Shown piece after piece: positions 48,331-58,483 of a DNA stretch of 64,000 nt. The stretch is from an uncultured virus (IMG/VR IMGVR_UViG_3300021420_000030) (taxonomy: Duplodnaviria > Heunggongvirae > Uroviricota > Caudoviricetes), in IMG/VR virus record IMGVR_UViG_3300021420_000030. One strand, written 5' to 3'. The notes under the pieces were generated by a model. That model saw nothing but the letters and a program-made list of their open reading frames with translations. It had not been told where the DNA came from and did no database searches. The position numbers and the translations under genes were made by a program. How positions within the stretch are numbered: position 1 is the stretch's first letter; each line of letters begins with the position of its first letter.

Positions 48331-48671
48331 CTCACCAGACAACCCTCCCCGCTGACGGAGGCATCAATCCAGAACTGCTGGAGATTCAAGGCCGCCGGAG
48401 CCGAGGGGTTTCCCCCGTTGGCCGAAGGCGGGGTCGCGGTATTCGATGCCGGAGCCCCCAGGATCGCCAGCACCGTTCCCGAAGGATTGGTTCCGGCCAC
48501 ATTCGCCCGCACCGTATTGTCATAGCCGACCACGATTCTGCCGGTGTTATTCGGCAATGCCTGAATCAAGACCGACTGGGCCGACTTATGGGACGCGATG
48601 ACATTCACGGGGACTCCGGCCGTGACCACGGTGATGATGCTCGATGTTGGGGTGAGTGGGTTCCAGGCCAT
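48318..48671 (-). CDS. Small beta-rich virion protein
   Basis: AGGAGG RBS; IQALPNNTG motif. Confidence 0.6.
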   Translation of the reverse strand: MAWNPLTPTSSIITVVTAGVPVNVIASHKSAQSVLIQALPNNTGRIVVGYDNTVRANVAGTNPSGTVLAILGAPASNTATPPSANGGNPSAPAALNLQQFWIDASVSGEGCLVSFIV

Positions 48672-49985
48672 CTATCCTCCTGCCGCCACGTTTCCATCCG
48701 AGACCCGCAGGCCACGGGAACTTCCCATGTGCAGGGTATTGGCGTCGTCGCTCCCCGTCGCCGGGACATTCGACTGGGACGATACCGCCACAATGGCGGT
48801 CTGCCAGTTGATCGACGCGGAATAGGTGAAGTGTCCGGTTGCTCCACCGGAGGCCGTCATGCGCTCCCATTCGGCCCAGATGAAGGCCGAGCCGATGGAC
48901 ACGCTGCTGGCGGGGTCCTGGGCAAAGGTGCCTTGCGCCACGGCTGCCGAAGGACCAGTCTCGTTCTTCGCCCAGGCCACAAGCAAGGAACTAGCCAGCG
49001 CCGTGACGCTCGCCGAGACCACATCGGTTCCAGGAGCCAACGAGCCAGTGATGGCGGAGGCCACGGGTGTTTTGTTACCGGCATTCTGAATGGCCAGAAC
49101 ACTTATCGCCAGAGGCACCGGGTTATTAAACGATGCCGTCACCGTATAACCTGCCCCCACGATGCTTAACGCCGAATACCAGATTTCCGAGATCAGGTTG
49201 AAGGTCGGGTAGTCGTTTTCGGTGGGGCCTGCCAGACGATGCCAGGCATTGCCGTTGCTGTCGGTAATGGAGGTCACGCTGATCGGTAAAGACAGCCATA
49301 CGGGATGGTAGGAGAAGAACCCAAAGGCGAAGTTCGTTCCTGTCGTATTCATCGCCGCTGTGGTGTGGGCCGCCAAGGGGGAGGCATTCTCATAGCGCGT
49401 CGTGGCCAGCGGCAACGGAATCGTGTCGCTGGAGCCAATATCGCCGCCATTGAAGGACGCAATCACGCTGCCGCCCGAACCATCGGCATCGTAGACGGAG
49501 AGGCCAACGGAACCTGAAGGAAATGACGCTTCACCGGAAACCGTGTAGAGCGTGACCCCGTTGAACTTGACCGTATGATTGTTGCCGGAGGATTCCAGAT
49601 GCAGGGTGTTGGTCCCGGCATTGGGAGTCACCGCGCCAGTTCCCAGTTGAGTAAAGGCCAAAGTGCCGGTATCCACGCACTTGTAGAGGATCGCGGCACC
49701 GGAAAACTGGATCACCACGTAACAGCTGCCATTGGCCTTCGACTGAATCCGAGTCATGCAGCCATACCAGTCGGCGGCGGTCGGTGTCCCGGTGAAGGTG
49801 ACTTCCGAGAACTGGGCATTCCCGATCACGGTACCGGTCAGCATCATGCCGGAATTACTGGCCCCGAGAGTGACGAATGCCCCGGTGGATTTCTGGAGCA
49901 GTTGCCATGCCCCCGGCTGAAGCCATGCCCCCAGTTCCAGGAGTGGATTCTCGGTCCCGGTAAATGACGATTGATAGCTCGCCAT
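48672..49985 (-). CDS. Putative carbohydrate-binding (ConA-like) virion protein
   Basis: Beta-rich; HTVKFNG...SGSVGL; ITDSNGNAW. Confidence 0.55.
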   Translation of the reverse strand: MASYQSSFTGTENPLLELGAWLQPGAWQLLQKSTGAFVTLGASNSGMMLTGTVIGNAQFSEVTFTGTPTAADWYGCMTRIQSKANGSCYVVIQFSGAAILYKCVDTGTLAFTQLGTGAVTPNAGTNTLHLESSGNNHTVKFNGVTLYTVSGEASFPSGSVGLSVYDADGSGGSVIASFNGGDIGSSDTIPLPLATTRYENASPLAAHTTAAMNTTGTNFAFGFFSYHPVWLSLPISVTSITDSNGNAWHRLAGPTENDYPTFNLISEIWYSALSIVGAGYTVTASFNNPVPLAISVLAIQNAGNKTPVASAITGSLAPGTDVVSASVTALASSLLVAWAKNETGPSAAVAQGTFAQDPASSVSIGSAFIWAEWERMTASGGATGHFTYSASINWQTAIVAVSSQSNVPATGSDDANTLHMGSSRGLRVSDGNVAAGG

Positions 49986-49987
49986 AG

Positions 49988-51925
49988 CTACGATTCCTTG
50001 GTCACGAGACGGGGAGTAGACTGTCCTGAACTTTTTCTGCCTGTCGGCGAAACTTGCATTCCAAGTCCCATCTGTTGTTCGGCCAGCAGGCGTGCGGTAA
50101 TCGTATCGGCTCCCGCTGGCGGGAGTCCCACGTTCCCGACCCCAAGCGTATCCATTAAAGTCCAGTGGTCGACCAGCCCAGCCCGCGAGAGCTGCAGCAT
50201 CAACATCTTCTTCTGCATCTCGGAAGCCGCCAGTAACGACCCTGGAGCCACATGAAAGGAGAACTGCCGCAAAAACTCTTTCGAGCGATCCAGGCGCGGC
50301 AATGGCCCCCGGTCGAGGGCCTTTTGATTCACCGTACCATCATCGTTGAAATCTTCGGGATCGACGAAGTCCGGAACCAGGGACCCTGGATCGAAATCGA
50401 AATCTTCCTTCGTCACGCCACTGGCTCCAAGAATCGTCATGCGGCGGGGAAGCGTATAGAACTGGGCGAAGTTATACGCCATCATCTGGGCATATTCGCG
50501 CATGAAGACCTCGATGACGCGGGAGCGCATCCGCCAGGTTAACGACATTGCCTCCATCAGCTGTTCGACCGTATCCGGGGAGGGCATTTGTCCCATCTTC
50601 ATCATGCTGGAGAGATCCTGGGAGCCGGACAGTTCCTTAATCTTCGCTTCGTAATACTCGATGCCTTTCCAGAAATCGGCAGGCAGGGGGTCGGGGCCGA
50701 CAAACTGGAGGCCGCTTTTTCCGGTCGTGGGATTGACCCGAATGCGTTTCCCGGCCCTTCGGGTATCGATCTTATTGATCCCATGCTCCGAGATCACCGT
50801 CTTATCGGCCCAGACATCGGGCCGGGCCAATCGTTCACACCAATCGTCATAGACACGAAGGAGACGGTTGAGGGCTTTGTTTAAGGGGAGTAGATCCCAG
50901 AGGGGAGCCTTGCCGAGAAACGACCACGGCACCGGATCCAGTGTCAGCTTGGGATAGGGGTAGAGCCCGTGCCACCAGGGGGAGGGGCCGTCGTAGAAGG
51001 GCTCCGGAAGACCGGAGCAGAAGACGATCATGCGCTTCCGGGGATACAACCGGTCACCCGGAGCGACGGTATAGGACCAGTTGTTCTTCGGCTTTCCGTC
51101 TTTATCGAAGGCTCCCATGTGGACGTCTTTGGAGGATTCGTTCTCCGTCTGGTCATCGACGTAGACGGTGAAAAGATCCGCCATGGGAACGCGGGGGACA
51201 TCGCGCTGGGAACTGTCGCCAAAGAGTCGTTGTTTAAACGGGGAATCCCCTAGCTTCTGGAGGAGAGCCCCGACGCGGGTGTTGCGGAGCGAAGCCCCGG
51301 AGGCGGTACCGTCGCGGTCGGCCTGGATGTATTTTAAAAGATCGGGGCGTTCATAGACGACCTTCGCCAGATACCGGAGATGGTTGACCGTGCGGGCTTT
51401 GCGGGTGATGACCCCGTAGCAGTCCTGAATCGATGGGGAAGGGGTGGGCCGGATCGGCAGGACATCGCGGGGATCCCAGGCTTCGGCACGGAAGTCTTCG
51501 ATGGCGGTATCCCAGTATGGTTCCAGATAGGAGGTGCCGCAGGAGATGGCGTACTGGACACAATTGAAGAAGGACATATCCATCTGGCGGGTGATCCAGG
51601 TATGTTCGGACAAATGTCCATAGATCGAGCACTGGTCTTCAAAGCGTTTGTTGTAGGTGCGGTATTCCCAGAAGGGCTTGATGTCGGTCATCCCCGAGGC
51701 CATGTCGAAGAAGGCCTTCGATGTCTGGTTGCATTCGGTACCGGAGAGGGCCGGGGAACGGAGGTCGGAAGAGGTCCCCATAATCGTTTGGACCGCTTCA
51801 TCTATCTTCGCATAGCCCACCTGCGATCTCAGGAAATCGTCTGCCTCCTGAGCCGCTTCTTTCACCCATCCGATGACGCGGTACCCGTAGGCTTCTTGTG
51901 CGGGAGGTACCCGATCCTCGGGCAC
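49988..51925 (-). CDS. Portal protein
   Basis: 645 aa after terminase; DGPSPWWHGLYPY, LLPLNKALN, IKELSG motifs. Confidence 0.8.
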   Translation of the reverse strand: MPEDRVPPAQEAYGYRVIGWVKEAAQEADDFLRSQVGYAKIDEAVQTIMGTSSDLRSPALSGTECNQTSKAFFDMASGMTDIKPFWEYRTYNKRFEDQCSIYGHLSEHTWITRQMDMSFFNCVQYAISCGTSYLEPYWDTAIEDFRAEAWDPRDVLPIRPTPSPSIQDCYGVITRKARTVNHLRYLAKVVYERPDLLKYIQADRDGTASGASLRNTRVGALLQKLGDSPFKQRLFGDSSQRDVPRVPMADLFTVYVDDQTENESSKDVHMGAFDKDGKPKNNWSYTVAPGDRLYPRKRMIVFCSGLPEPFYDGPSPWWHGLYPYPKLTLDPVPWSFLGKAPLWDLLPLNKALNRLLRVYDDWCERLARPDVWADKTVISEHGINKIDTRRAGKRIRVNPTTGKSGLQFVGPDPLPADFWKGIEYYEAKIKELSGSQDLSSMMKMGQMPSPDTVEQLMEAMSLTWRMRSRVIEVFMREYAQMMAYNFAQFYTLPRRMTILGASGVTKEDFDFDPGSLVPDFVDPEDFNDDGTVNQKALDRGPLPRLDRSKEFLRQFSFHVAPGSLLAASEMQKKMLMLQLSRAGLVDHWTLMDTLGVGNVGLPPAGADTITARLLAEQQMGLGMQVSPTGRKSSGQSTPRLVTKES

Positions 51926-52296
51926 TACATACTCCCTTTATCGAAGTGACGGCGCTCGTTCACAACGTGGTTGTCTTTCTCGAAGCGGGCGAGGTCGCGG
52001 ACATTCAGTTCCACTTTTTCATAACCGCGTTGACGCAAGCGTTCAGGCACAGGAACGTCACCCCGGCCAGGATACTGAATCGCACCACCTTCTCGAAGAG
52101 AGCGGTAGATGGTGACGCGTTCCGATGGGTGGGTATTGGGGTCCAGACCCTTTGACCAGTCCGCATAGTACGGCTCCAGTATCCCATGGCAGTCGCAGCG
52201 ATACGGTCGGCGTGGATCATCGAAGCGTTCGGGGTCGACCGTCTGGTTATGAATAACGAGCGAACATCGGTTGCAGATGAGATCATGGATCACCAC
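51925..52296 (-). CDS. Zn-ribbon (FmdB-like) protein
   Basis: HDLICNRC...CDC; GTG start estimated. Confidence 0.55.
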   Translation of the reverse strand: MVIHDLICNRCSLVIHNQTVDPERFDDPRRPYRCDCHGILEPYYADWSKGLDPNTHPSERVTIYRSLREGGAIQYPGRGDVPVPERLRQRGYEKVELNVRDLARFEKDNHVVNERRHFDKGSM

Positions 52297-52297
52297 C

Positions 52298-52684
52298 TTA
52301 ACGGACCCCCGCGTATTCTTCGAGCGCACGTTTGACCGTGAAGGCGACGAATTTGTCAAAGGGCATCCCGAAGCAGCGAGATTTGAGGCGATCCAGAAGA
52401 TAGGGCGAGAGTTCCACCGTGGCGTCTCCAACCGCTAATGTGAGAGCCCGCTGGACCATGGAGATCAACTCATGGGGTTCGGAGAAGTTCTTACCGAGAA
52501 GCTGTTCCAGGCGTCTGCGGTCTTGATCGTCAATGACGATGGGTTTGACCGAATCCGATTGGGCCAGCTGAGGCAGGCGTTCGGCGATCAGGTACTCGAC
52601 GGGCTTCTTGGCCGCTTTCGCCTGTTCATCGAATTTGAGGAAGACATCTTCGGCAACGGGAATCCGCAAGAGGGTGCTGGGCAT
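52298..52684 (-). CDS. Hypothetical protein (possible ribbon-helix-helix)
   Basis: LRIPVAEDVF...AKAAKKPVEYLI. Confidence 0.6.
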   Translation of the reverse strand: MPSTLLRIPVAEDVFLKFDEQAKAAKKPVEYLIAERLPQLAQSDSVKPIVIDDQDRRRLEQLLGKNFSEPHELISMVQRALTLAVGDATVELSPYLLDRLKSRCFGMPFDKFVAFTVKRALEEYAGVR

Positions 52685-52848
52685 AGCGACACTGTATCAC
52701 GGGTTAAAAATCCGGCAGACACTTTCCGTAAGGGACGCCGGTTTTCTTGTGCCTCGGCGAAACCCCGCCGGGTTGATCAGCGATAATCGGTTCCCGGCAG
52801 AAGAAGCAGACGCCGGTCTCCATGGTTGCCGGTAACGCCTTCGCCTTC

Positions 52849-53724
52849 TTACGCCGAGGCTTGGTCGATCCCTTCGCTGAGTTCGGACCATCTTGTCTCC
52901 CAGTCATCGATCATCCTTTCCGAGGAAATATCTTGTTTTTGCCAGTCACTCACCGGCCCGCTACTCACATGCGAGACCACCGGATCAATGGCGAAGGACC
53001 AGTTGTGGGCGGCCCACAGGGCCAAGAGACATGCCGTGACCCGGTCATCGTGGCCACGGGCGGCAGCGCCCCGCAGGCGCACCAGATCCATTTCACAGTC
53101 AGCGAATTCCTCCACCAGATGCGGGGACTTGAAGATCAGCTGCTTCCGGTGGATGTACCGGAGACCCTTGGTCCACAGATGCTGCATGGACTGCTTGGTC
53201 GAGTACCAGCCAAAGTCAAAGCGAGAACGTTCCGAGGTCATGCCGGTATCGAGATACTGCCAGCGGTACATATTCGTGTAGCCGTAAGATTCCATCATGG
53301 TGCGCTGGGTGGGGCCGCCGGGGCCCGGGTACACTTCTATAATGCAGAGGGCCTGCCCGTCTTCGTTGTTGCCGCCGTAGAGCCGTCCTAGCGCGTTTCC
53401 CACTTTGGCCAGATCGTAGGGGTCGATGGGGGCGGCATACTCGGCCACCTGCATATCGGGCTTGAAGTGCGGGGAACCGGGTTCCCCTTGACCGACGCGG
53501 ATGACTTCAATGGCTCCGTTATCGGTATCGGAGTCATCGCCAATACGATTGTACCTGTTCCAATTTGTGCGTCCCTGCGCAGCGTCAATACCGAGGATAT
53601 ACCTCGATCTTGGATTCGGCGGCTCGTACAGCCAAACGATTCCGCGCGGGTCGCCATCGTAGCCGTCTGGCGCTTGAACCAACCGCTGGCGACCACCAAT
53701 ACGAAACTCTGATGGAGCAATCAT
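52849..53724 (-). CDS. terL: Terminase large subunit, C-terminal nuclease half
   Basis: YEPP...YILGIDAAQG...D; IIEV; GHDDRVTA; own GGGAG RBS. Confidence 0.85.
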   Translation of the reverse strand: MIAPSEFRIGGRQRLVQAPDGYDGDPRGIVWLYEPPNPRSRYILGIDAAQGRTNWNRYNRIGDDSDTDNGAIEVIRVGQGEPGSPHFKPDMQVAEYAAPIDPYDLAKVGNALGRLYGGNNEDGQALCIIEVYPGPGGPTQRTMMESYGYTNMYRWQYLDTGMTSERSRFDFGWYSTKQSMQHLWTKGLRYIHRKQLIFKSPHLVEEFADCEMDLVRLRGAAARGHDDRVTACLLALWAAHNWSFAIDPVVSHVSSGPVSDWQKQDISSERMIDDWETRWSELSEGIDQASA

Positions 53725-54173
53725 TGAGCCCTGGTCTCCCTATACGCCTTACTGGCATAGTAACGATGACAAATCCGACAAACCCGCCATCCTCTTTTTT
53801 GAATAATCGTATTTTCTTTCGTATATTCGTGTCCCTGTGGGCAGTGAGTCTTCAATGTTTGACGGATATTGGCCAAGCCTCGCCGACAATTCTCACGGTT
53901 CGTTACAGGTTCCATATGCCACGGGTTACAGCAGGCTCTCACCCGACATTTGTGATCGAGTTGCAAGCCTTCCGGAATTGTTCCAATTAGGACCGTATAA
54001 GAAATCCGGTGCGCAAGAAAAACGCTCCGATTAATGGTAATGACTCCATATCCTGCCTTAGTACGAGCAGACTTCCACATCCAACATTTAACAGAATCGG
54101 AATAGTCTTCGACTTTCGTCAGAAAATGCAGGAACTGAGAAAATGTCAGGTCGATATTTTTCATCTTCATCAC
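53721..54173 (-). CDS. HNH homing endonuclease inserted between the terL halves
   Basis: CWMWK...AHRISY...LDHKCRVRACCNPWHMEPVT...THCPQGHEY. Confidence 0.9.
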   Translation of the reverse strand: MMKMKNIDLTFSQFLHFLTKVEDYSDSVKCWMWKSARTKAGYGVITINRSVFLAHRISYTVLIGTIPEGLQLDHKCRVRACCNPWHMEPVTNRENCRRGLANIRQTLKTHCPQGHEYTKENTIIQKRGWRVCRICHRYYASKAYRETRAQ

Positions 54174-55423
54174 AAACCCTCCAACTCGAACGCCACACCT
54201 TCAGTCGTGGTCGATCTCATAAAGTCTAGGACAACGGGGCTGATCGCACTCTGGGTGGTGGCCTGGAAACTTTGCTCCGGGGTACAGGAGTAGTTGGACA
54301 AAAACAAGTTCAGAGCGTTGTTTTCAATCGCCTCAGAATAAGACGATTCCCACCAGTAGAGCTGTTCCCGCGAGAGCGTCACTTCCTTGCCGACAAACTC
54401 CTTACTGGTCTGATGGACCTTCCACGCAGTTTGCAAAGTCGCTTCATTGGGGGCCCAGCCCTCCGGCGGGCGGCGGCGGTACTTCCGTGGCTCGGCATAG
54501 AATGGAATGAACATATAGTTCCAGCGCGGCATCTTCCCTTTCCGAACTTTCTCCGAAAAGGAATACCACCATCCACCGGGTCCGCTACGCCCCTGAGGTG
54601 TCGTTTCTTGCAGGGAAAAAGTGTAGGGATGCTGCGGTAACGTGGGAAAGAAGTCGAGTTCCAAGGAACGTCCGTAAGGCCACTGGCTCACCTCGGTATT
54701 GTGATTCACATCGAACTGACGGCCGGTACCGATACCGGACTGCTGGCGGCCATGCTGATAGAGGATGCGGGAGCCATGCTCTTCGCCAAACTGGATATGC
54801 TCGGATTTTTTATTAAAGCCCACCTGTTCCTCACCCCAGCCGTGGGGCTTCAGGAAAAACGGAAGGTGGTCCAGGATCAGCCGGTCCCGGGTGTAGAGTT
54901 CACCGACCTTATCTTCATCGACACTGGCGGCCATGGCGCGGGTGTGGGGCCAGCCCACCAGACGATGCATGGTGACGGCCCGGCCAATGGCGGTGTGGCC
55001 CAACGCTCGTCCGCCCTTGTTGTCACAGATAAGGATACCGTCGCAGGGATAGCCTTTCTCGTAGTCCTCAATATTCTTCTCTTCGAGCTTAATAATCAGA
55101 TTCATCAGAATCTGCTGCGATTCCCAAAACGTCTCGCTGAATTTGCCAATGCCACCACCGTCAACCCCGTCCCGCTCAATGGTCATGTAGCGAAGCGAAT
55201 ACCCGAAATCCTGTTGAAACAGGATCTGTTCATTGCGGATGAAATCGGCGTGTTCCTTATTCTGATACCGGCCGAAGGAATCGGTCAGCTTGCCTTGGGC
55301 GTGGAGTTTGGTTAAGTATTCGGTCGCGTCCCAGGACTCTTGAGGAGAATAACGGTGGAGACGGATTCTTAGTTCAGACTCTATCCTACCAAGCATTTTC
55401 TCCGTGACACGATCACTGTACAC
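54170..55423 (-). CDS. terL: Terminase large subunit, N-terminal ATPase half
   Basis: Q motif WESQQ, Walker A-like KGGRALGHT, Walker B-like HNTEVSQW, ETTPQG, FIPFY, TPEQSF. Confidence 0.8.
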   Translation of the reverse strand: MYSDRVTEKMLGRIESELRIRLHRYSPQESWDATEYLTKLHAQGKLTDSFGRYQNKEHADFIRNEQILFQQDFGYSLRYMTIERDGVDGGGIGKFSETFWESQQILMNLIIKLEEKNIEDYEKGYPCDGILICDNKGGRALGHTAIGRAVTMHRLVGWPHTRAMAASVDEDKVGELYTRDRLILDHLPFFLKPHGWGEEQVGFNKKSEHIQFGEEHGSRILYQHGRQQSGIGTGRQFDVNHNTEVSQWPYGRSLELDFFPTLPQHPYTFSLQETTPQGRSGPGGWWYSFSEKVRKGKMPRWNYMFIPFYAEPRKYRRRPPEGWAPNEATLQTAWKVHQTSKEFVGKEVTLSREQLYWWESSYSEAIENNALNLFLSNYSCTPEQSFQATTQSAISPVVLDFMRSTTTEGVAFELEGL

Positions 55424-55886
55424 GGGAAAGCCTTAGCCGTTTTTTCTTTAAACGCTGACGCTCAAGATGACAGGCACGACATACTCTTCCAGACTCATAC
55501 CTATACGTATTTTGCGGGGTATATTCATGCCCATGAGGACAATGTGTCTTCGCTCTCTGGAGATTTGCGGATTCACCTCGCCGGACATTCTCCCCAATTG
55601 TTACCGGCTCAAGATGAAATGGATTCACGCACGCACGGTTACGGCAAAGATGATCAAGTTGTAATCCTTCCGGAATCTGACCAATCAAAACAGTATATGA
55701 AATGCGGTGCGCAAGCATCCCCATGAATACTCCGTAACCTGAACTAAGGGCTGCTTTCCATATCCAACACTTACTGGAATCGGAGTGGTCTCCGACTTTT
55801 GTCAAGAAATGTAAAAACTCAGAAAATGTAAGGTTAATGACTGGTTTCTTTTTCTCTTGGATGTGATATGTCCCGATTTGTTTCAC
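55413..55886 (-). CDS. HNH homing endonuclease (paralog of 53721..54173)
   Basis: LDHLCRNRACVNPFHLEPVT...THCPHGHEY. Confidence 0.9.
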   Translation of the reverse strand: MKQIGTYHIQEKKKPVINLTFSEFLHFLTKVGDHSDSSKCWIWKAALSSGYGVFMGMLAHRISYTVLIGQIPEGLQLDHLCRNRACVNPFHLEPVTIGENVRRGESANLQRAKTHCPHGHEYTPQNTYRYESGRVCRACHLERQRLKKKRLRLSRVQ

Positions 55887-57199
55887 GAAGCCATCTCTTT
55901 ATAGCGATCCAGCTCTTCCTTTTTTTCCATAAACGCCGGACATCGCTCGTCCATCGGGATCTCCGGCGAATCACATGCGGCGCACTCCGAACCAATGGTC
56001 ATCTCATGGAGGAAAGCGTAGTGACCGCAATTTACACAGATGGCATGTTTATCCGGATTCTTCATCGTCCTTTAGTTTATCCTGACGTTTCAAGTAGGCC
56101 ATTTCCTCGCGGGCCCATTCCATTTCTTCATCGACATAATCGACGCTGGGCTCCGAACCTGAGGCGTCGGCCTTCGGCACCTTCATATTGATCCCCGTCT
56201 GAGCGAGTTCAACTTCCATGCAATCGGCGATGCGTTCCAACTGGTCATGAATGGCCCGGAGTTCCTTGACCACCGGCTTCAATCTCAACATCGTGATATT
56301 CACAGGAATTTCCTTGTAAACAGAAGTTCACGGTTACCGGAAGCCATCGTCCACAACATCAAAGCCGTTCGTCCGTCCGGGAGTGTCTTTGCCCAGCGTT
56401 CCTCGGGCTGAAGCTGTTCCATGAGTTGGACGTAAAACGCGGGGTCCACCTCAATCACACGAATCGCTCCAACCGCAACATCGTGTTCAAAACGAATCTT
56501 CTCTTGTTCACTCATGGGAGTTTGGTCGTCCCCTGACTCTCAACATTAAACACGTCTTTCGACTTCTCGTACCGTACCGACGGCTTATCCTCGAAGACCC
56601 GGCTCACCGGAGGCGCACTCATGCGGGGTTCGATGACGACCCAGGCGAGGGAAGGTTCACTGCCGGGAACGCGGGCGTAGGGGACACCGAGCATCCCGAT
56701 AAAGTGGAAGGCGTCTCCATTAAATAAGGTATCGGCGATGGCATGGAAGTCCCGATCCGGTCCAATTCCCGGAGAGCCCAGTTTCGTCTTCCAGGAAACC
56801 CAGTAGGCCCAGCGGCCGCCATTAGCACCACCGACGACGGATACCCGCTGCCATACCCGAAGCCCGGCGTCTTTGAAGATGGATCCGGCCGGGAGATCGG
56901 GGAGGTCCTGTATGGCCAAATCATTGGCGGAATCGACGGCATTCGACCAGTCTTCAATCTTGCCGAATTCCATGTTTCCTCCGGTATTCTTCTTCGCGGG
57001 AGACATGCATCATGCGGGTGCGGAGTTCTTCCTGTTTCGCGTGTAACGTCACCTGACGGCTGATGCCCGGCTTACGGCCTCCCTTACGGCCGTTGATGCG
57101 GGAGGCAGCGGCTTTCTTCTCCGAGCGGGAGGAGCCCAGACACACACTGCAGGTCACAATCATCTTGGCCTGAGGATGCAGGTCACACCTTATCTTCAT
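55883..57199 (-). other. Five small coupled hypothetical ORFs (55883..56065, 56049..56303, 56300..56515, 56512..56973, 56954..57199)
   Basis: Overlapping start/stop codons; the last has a KAAASRINGRKGGR motif. Confidence 0.6.
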
Positions 57200-57809
57200 G
57201 ACCAGATCCTACCGCATTGGGTCTTGATGGTTCAAGGGAAATCTCGCGCGTCTTTTTAAGAATGGTCTCCATTCGTTGGTCCGTATTACCGAAGTTCTGG
57301 GTCACGGCCACAAGGGGGCCGGACTGCTTGATGAGCTTGGCGGACTCGAAGACCAGGTCTCGCGCTTGCTTATCTCCAACGCGTCTTACCGTCCCCGTAG
57401 ATTTACACGTCGGACAGTCCCGGGTTTCATCCTTATAAGGAACGAAACCGAACCCATCGCATCTCGCACAGTTCTCCATATGGGTTTTCGCATCTTCGGT
57501 GACATCGGCCATTAACGAAGGAAGCGAATTGGACATCTGGAGAAGGGCCAGCTGGCGCATGCCATCGGCATAGAGCAGCTGCATCTCATGGAGGGTGACT
57601 CCGGCCTTCTTACATTGCCAGGCGAAACTCATCTTCGCGTAGGCGGGATCCTGCATGATCAGCATCAGGGTATCGAAACGCTCATTGCCGGAATTCTCCA
57701 GAAACTGAGACATGGCGTCTTTGTCGATATGCTGCGCGAAGCGTTTCATCGGGAGATCCTTGTCCGGATCGGTTTCCCGTAGACGGCGGTGTTTATCGTT
57801 CTTCATCAT
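57183..57809 (-). CDS. Putative terminase small subunit with CxxCxGxG Zn finger
   Basis: Position upstream of terL; CARCDGFG/CPTCKSTG; helical. Confidence 0.45.
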   Translation of the reverse strand: MMKNDKHRRLRETDPDKDLPMKRFAQHIDKDAMSQFLENSGNERFDTLMLIMQDPAYAKMSFAWQCKKAGVTLHEMQLLYADGMRQLALLQMSNSLPSLMADVTEDAKTHMENCARCDGFGFVPYKDETRDCPTCKSTGTVRRVGDKQARDLVFESAKLIKQSGPLVAVTQNFGNTDQRMETILKKTREISLEPSRPNAVGSGHEDKV

Positions 57810-58105
57810 CCTGCAATTCGCTCATAAGAAAAGGCTAAACGGATTTCATCGTAGAAAAATTCACCGTGGGATTCCGCTTTCATCAAGCCGACAAAATCCT
57901 CTTCTGGTACTGCACTATACCGATACAAGGACCCATCGAGGAAAGCGACGTAGAGTTCATAGCGGTTTTGATCGTAACCCACGGCCGCAAGGTTGGAGGA
58001 CACGACCGGGTACAGGGTAACCCCAGCCAGTTCGGACTCGACCGTGGCGCTTTCCCCGAAATCGCTCCATGCCTCGGTAATAACGCTGATGGGATCATCG
58101 GCCAT
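57806..58105 (-). CDS. KTSC-domain protein
   Basis: VSSNLAAVGYD...LYVAFLDGSLYRY..VP....GLMKAESHGEFF. Confidence 0.9.
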   Translation of the reverse strand: MADDPISVITEAWSDFGESATVESELAGVTLYPVVSSNLAAVGYDQNRYELYVAFLDGSLYRYSAVPEEDFVGLMKAESHGEFFYDEIRLAFSYERIAG

Positions 58106-58483
58106 TTAGTTCTCCGCTTCTCCGCGCATATATCCCGGCTGAATCGGCGGCAAACACTGGATCAAAAACGCCGCCATCTTCTGACTATTTTCCGATAATG
58201 GGATGATGACATCGGTGGACGCATTTGGATTCATCCGGAATCCTGGGCCCATCGCCCCATGATCACGCATGCATTTCATCAGTTGATAGAAGGACAGTTC
58301 CTTTTTCGGGATCATCAGGAGCAGACCACAATCTTGAGGAAACACAATCACATTTATGGAACGAGACTTCGTTTTAAGATCCCGAGTCAAATCCAGGGCG
58401 CATTCCAGGTCACTACCGATAATGACCATCCACCACTGGAATGAATTCAACTTTTCGGCGATATCGACTAGGCTGATTTCCAT
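58106..58483 (-). CDS. Hypothetical protein
   Basis: TAATG coupling. Confidence 0.55.
   Translation of the reverse strand: MEISLVDIAEKLNSFQWWMVIIGSDLECALDLTRDLKTKSRSINVIVFPQDCGLLLMIPKKELSFYQLMKCMRDHGAMGPGFRMNPNASTDVIIPLSENSQKMAAFLIQCLPPIQPGYMRGEAEN

Noticed and set aside
53721..54173. Group I intron or intein interrupting terL
   Set aside because: The three ORFs overlap at start/stop codons, leaving no room for P/Q/R/S elements; frames differ and there are no intein termini
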